From the NCBI GenBank assembly GCA_002269645.1, contig NIVC01002619.1, positions 7,580 to 71,579 on the forward strand: a DNA stretch of 64,000 bases, in the 5' to 3' direction. The translations under genes and the position numbers were made by a program. This document shows, piece by piece, positions 59,701 to 64,000 of this stretch (position 1 is its first letter; every line of letters starts with the position of its first letter). Source of the DNA: Macrostomum lignano. Taxonomy: Eukaryota. Under the pieces are notes generated by a model, which saw nothing but the letters and a program-made list of their open reading frames with translations, searched no databases and was not told where the DNA came from.

Positions 59701-59944
59701 GAAGGGTCAAGAGGAGCAACTGGCCATCCGGGTGAATAATAAAGTGTGGGCCGCTTGCTATCCCAGAAACATTTCCAAATCAAGCGACAGCAATAAATAC
59801 ACCCGTTGCTACGTCAACTCTGTTCGCTACTTGCGAGCGAAATATGACGCGGTGGATTTCAAATGCTCCAGCAGTTCGTCAACCTGCTGCCTGAACTCCT
59901 TCGACCGGATGACTCATTTCGGACTGGAGAGACTCGGAAATTGA
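56772..59944 (+). CDS. TNF-superfamily ligand-like type II membrane protein (gene C; Eiger/EDA-like fold), 4 exons, about 380 aa
   Basis: Exons: 56772-57346, 58274 (or 58295)-58391, 58859-59050, 59687-59944; open frame. Long Ser/Arg/Gln-rich N-terminus, TM IINTTSFIVFMANLLATMAVLAMF, stalk with RTRR, then a TNF-domain pattern: SDWSK, RIQVARDGYYRIYMM|V, TRCYVNSVRYL, terminal THFGLERL. Confidence 0.78.
57405..58250. repeat. Polypurine GA-rich repeats (gene C intron 1)
   Basis: Blocks of GGGAGAGTGGGAGAGA, GGTAGAGGAAGAGAGG and GGACAGAGAAGGAGAG units. Confidence 0.93.
59095..59590. repeat. 21-bp minisatellite CCACCTCACTCCACCGTGCAC (gene C intron 3)
   Basis: About 23 copies. Confidence 0.92.
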
Positions 59945-60114
59945 CAGCTCCGTGCTCGTCCACAGTGCTCAGATACTAATTATGATTTTGTATATTTGTA
60001 ATTCCTGAAGAATCTACTTTTATTCTTCTAAATTCCTAATTCAGTTCAGTCGGTTTTGTAAGATGCACTTGGTTTAGGTAATATTGATTTTTCTAAAACC
60101 ATTCAACCATTTCA

Positions 60115-60860
60115 GTCCCTCACGCACCCATTCCTTCACCCACCTCACTCCTTTACCCACCGCACTTATTCACCTACCGCACTCATTCACCTACCGCACT
60201 CATTTACCCACCCCACTCCTTTACCCATCCCACTCCTTCACCCACCTCACTCCTTCACCCACCTCACTCCTTCACCCACCTCACTCCTTCACCCACCTCA
60301 CTCCTTCACCTACCTCACTTCTTTACCCACCTCACTCCTTTAACCACCTCAAACCTTCACCCACCTCACTCCTTTACCCATCCCACTCCTTCACCCACCT
60401 CACTCCTTCACCCACCTCACTCCTTCACCTACCTCACTTCTTTACCCACCTCACTCCTTTAACCACCTCAAACCTTCACCCACCTCACTCCTTTACCCAT
60501 CCCACTCCTTCACCCACCTCACTCCTACACCCACCTCAAACCTTCACCCACCTCACTCCTTCACCTACCTCACTTCTTTACCCACCTCACTCCTTTAACC
60601 ACCTCAAACCTTCACCCACTTCACTCCTTCACCCACCTCACTCCTTCACCTACCTCACTCCTTCACCTACCTCACTTCTTTACCCACCTCACTCCTTCAC
60701 CCACCTCAAACCTTCACCTACCTCACTCCTTCACCTACCTTACTCCTTTACCCACCTCACTCCTTCACCTACCTCACTCCTTCACCTACCTCACTCCTTT
60801 ACCCACCTCACTCCTTCACCCACCTCAAACCTTCACCTACCTCACTCCTTCACCCACCCC
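60115..60860. repeat. 17-bp minisatellite CACCCACCTCACTCCTT
   Basis: About 43 copies; shares the CCACCTCACTCC core with 59095-59590. Confidence 0.93.
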
Positions 60861-61624
60861 AAGTCCCAAGAGATGATAAACTTCGGAAAAAAACTGAAAA
60901 TGTAAGAGGTTTTTTTCACTTTCAGCTGCCTCAACCTAGCTGCTCACTCCTGTAACAATGTCATAAAACGCATATATTTGTCAACTAACAGAATAAGCAA
61001 TATTCCCAACAGAAATTAACGCAGTTAGGAAAGCGCTTGTGCTCATTCTGCTAGAAAATTACAAGCTGAAAATAAAATATTGTGGCATCTATGCTAAACT
61101 TTGAGAGTGATATTTACATACAGTGAAATCTATTTTTTCTACAACCTACAGGATAAACTAAGCATTAATTAGTTGGCTAAGTAAATTTAACATTGTAATG
61201 ATCATTGAATACATATTGAAATGTGAAAAAAGTAAAACAAACGTCAAAATTACGGGACCAAAAACAAGAGCAATTTAAAATAAAACACGCCAATTCAAAA
61301 GCTTATTGGAATCCATTGGTTTTAGTAAATTAAGTATGCAACTGAAAAATTAGACAAACTTATACTCTATTTCACTATTCATTCTAAGATCAACAGTAGA
61401 AATATACGAATTATTTCGACAGCTAAAATGCGAGCAACTACAAAGACTGGAGTAGTCTGGATAGCGTTTTAATCAGCAATTTTCACAATAATCAGACTCT
61501 CAATAGCAATAAATTTTCACTCATAAACTTGAACCCAAAATTTTACAAACCAGCTACAAGTACAAGTTCAAGGTTCGTGTACATCTGTAATAGGAAGGGT
61601 TTGCTGGGCCATGCAGTGATTCCT

Positions 61625-62190
61625 TGAGAGTGTACACTGGGGGGGAGATTCCCGGGGAGAGTGTACATTTGGGAAAGGAGATTCCCGGGAGAGTGTACAT
61701 TTGGGAAGGAGATCCCGGGGAGAGTGTACATTTAGGGAAGGAGATTCCCGGGGAGAGTGTACATTGGGGGAAAGAGATTGCTGGAAGAGTGTACATTGGG
61801 AGAGGGAGATTCTCGGGAGAGTGTACATTGGGGGAAGGAGATTCCCGGGAGAGTGTACATTGGGGGAAGGAGATTCCCGGGGAGAGTGTACATTGGGGGA
61901 AAGAGATTGCCGGGAAGAGTGTACATTAGGGGAAGGAGATTCCCGGAAAGTGTGTACATTGGGGGAAGGAGATTCCCGGAAAGTGTGTACATTGGGGGAA
62001 GGAGATTGCCAGGAAGAATGTACATTGGGGGAAGGAGATTGCCAGGAATGTACATTAGGGAAGGAGATTCCCGGAAAGTGTGTACATTAGGGGAAGGAGA
62101 TTCCCGGAAAGTGTGTACATTGGGGGAAGGAGATTGCCAGGAAGAGTGTACATTAGGGGAAGGAGATTCCCAGGAAGAATGTACATTAGA
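61625..62190. repeat. 32-33-bp G-rich minisatellite GGGAGAGTGTACATTGGGGGAAGGAGATTCCC
   Basis: About 17 copies. Confidence 0.93.
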
Positions 62191-62293
62191 GTGTGTTGCG
62201 TACACTGCTTTGATTTTTGTCGGATAAACCTGCATGCCAATGCGCATCACAGATGGAATATTAAGTTATTATTAAAGAGCGCTTTTAGATTCT

Positions 62294-64000
62294 TTAATAG
62301 CTAGCAGTGGAGCAAGGCCGGAAGAGAAGCCGGTGCAAAGAACGGCGCCCAGCTCCTTGGTTACTAGAATTTGCTCTGCTGCTGCTGCTGCTGTTGCTGC
62401 TGAGCTGGACTCCGATTTTCCAGCGTAGCCGCAGCGAAAGCGCCTGGACAGAGTCGAACTTCGACCAGCAGCTCGCCGAACTGACGACGCTCCGCTCCGC
62501 CGTGCATGTCGCCGTCGCCGCCGCCGCCGCCGCCATCCTCGCCGGAGGAATCGTTGCCGTCGCCTTCGTCGCCGTCCGAATCGTCGCCTTCTGCGTTGCT
62601 ATGCGACGATAGCGCAGGATTCGATCGATTCTGCAGGGCTGGGATGCGGCCTGCTCGGCCGAGGGGAACAGGGTCAGCTGGTGCTTCACCACGGAGGCCT
62701 CGTCGACGCATTCGGCAGATTCGTCGTCGTCGATGGAGTCGCCAGTAGCGGGCGACGAGGCGGCGAGGCTCAGCAGCACGGCGGTCGCGGGAGAGTCGAG
62801 CAGGCAGCGCAGCTGGCCGATCGGCACGGGCAGGTAGGCCAGCACCCAGCGGGTGAGCTGGCGGGGAGAAGGAAATGTTGGAGATTCGATATGTGCCGGT
62901 CATTGTGTCGGCGAGTGTGTCGGTGATTGTGTCGGTGATTGTGTCGGTGATTGTGTCGGTGCTTGTATCGGTGATTGTGTCGGTAAGTGTGCCGGTCAAT
63001 TGTGTTGGTGGAGTGTGTGTTGATTGTGTCGGTGATTGTGTCGGTAAGTGTGCCGGTCAATTGTGTTGGTGAGTGTGTGTTGATTGTGTCGGTGATTGTG
63101 TCGGTGATTGTGCCGGCGATTGTGTCCGGTGAGTGTGTCGGTGAGTATGTCGATGAGTGTGCGGTGATTGCGTCGGTGATTGTGTCGCGCGTGTGTGCCG
63201 GACATTGTGTCGGTGCTTGTGTCGATGATTGTTGTGTCGGTGAGAGTGCTGGTCATTGTGTCGGTGATTGTGTCGGTAAGTGTGCCAGTCATTGTGTCGG
63301 TCATTGTGTCGGTGAGTGTGCCGGCGTGTTGATAGGTATATCAGTAATTGTGTCGGTGATTGCATGGTGCCGGTAATTGTGTCACTAATCTCCGACATTG
63401 AGACAAAAATGCTTAAAAGAGAGCCGAACCTGTTGCGACAGAATGTGCGGCGAAGATGTCGACACGCGCAGGCCGAATTTGGTCCAGCCGGCCCCGTCGT
63501 CGGCAGATTTGGCTGCCTCCAACGATTTCGATACAGTGACGCCGCCGACACCGCTGGAGCACGACCGGCAGGCACACGAGTCGTATTTCGGCCGCAGAAG
63601 CGCCGCCGGCAGAGCCAGTCGCTCGAGCCAACGCTGCGCTCGACGTCGCTGCGAACAAATTGTCGATGTCGACGCCAGCGTCGCGACTGACGTTATTGCA
63701 ATTTTTGTCGGATCCATCGGCGCTGTCGGAACGGAGGTCGGATTAGTCGACAAGACGCCGGAGCGGAGCTGGCAGAATCCGGCGTAGCGACGATGGATGC
63801 CTGACTGCAGCGGCCGTAGATGTCGATGGCCGGATAGACTGGCCGAAGGCCCACTGGCTCGCCGATCGGCTCGAGGGTCGGCCATTCGAACCAATCAGGC
63901 GGGGACGACGTTCCGCGTCCAGCATGAGGCCAACTGTGTCACCTTCGCGACAGGGTGTCCAGCGTCAACGGACAGGCCCGACTGGAGCTGCAAGAATTCG
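62294..64000 (-). pseudogene. NEURL4: 3' part of a NEURL4-like gene (last NHR domain, Cys-containing linker, ADP-ribosyltransferase-like domain), frameshifted as assembled
   Basis: Exon blocks >64000-63430 and 62857-62294, intron 62858-63429 (GT-AG, phase 0). Motifs recalled from NEURL4: LDTL-REGDTVGLML..NG..PVYPAIDIYGRCSQASIV (NHR); RWLERLALP..CACRSC; GWTKFGLRV; LTRWVLAY..LRCLLD; QLTLFPS; ELLVEVRLCPGAF; VTKELGAV. About six frame changes are needed, so this is either a pseudogene or a locally error-prone consensus. Confidence 0.7.
62895..63385. repeat. 12-bp-based repeat GTGATTGTGTCG (NEURL4-like intron)
   Basis: Degenerate copies filling the intron. Confidence 0.88.

Noticed and set aside
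48546-59944. Genes B and C both total 1143 nt (380 aa)
   Set aside because: Exon sizes differ and C has an alternative acceptor, so this is treated as coincidence.
62307-62612. Plus-strand 101-aa apparent signal-peptide/TM ORF
   Set aside because: Antisense shadow of poly-Gln and Gly/Asp codons in the NEURL4-like exon.

Overview
This is eukaryotic (metazoan) genomic DNA. GC- and CpG-rich exons are separated by AT-rich spacers, and most longer introns carry their own minisatellite. The style suggests a lophotrochozoan such as a macrostomid flatworm, which is inference only. Manual splice reconstruction gives four recognisable conserved genes: TTC39 family (minus, 8 exons, 637 aa), AP-1 mu1/AP1M1 (plus, 6 exons, 422 aa), CHMP7 (plus, 5 exons, 509 aa) and the 3' end of a NEURL4-like gene (minus, several frameshifts). 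The main discovery is a tandem cluster of very divergent TNF-superfamily-like type II membrane ligand genes at about 44-60 kb, largely invisible in the ORF track. It holds a truncated pseudogene (A), an intact 380-aa gene with a FasL-like cytoplasmic polyproline tract (B), a frameshifted single-exon TNF domain (D) and an intact 380-aa Cys-rich gene (C). A second major signal is strong CpG decay restricted to intergenic/transposon DNA (old versus young copy of one hAT MITE, and about 2 CpG in 3 kb) while exons stay CpG-rich, which suggests repeat-targeted cytosine methylation. Also present: a Ginger-like TGT..ACA element with a 4-bp TSD, an RTE-like RT fragment, a CORE-SINE, MITEs and about 30 satellites. 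All assignments come from reading and motif recall; no database search was run.
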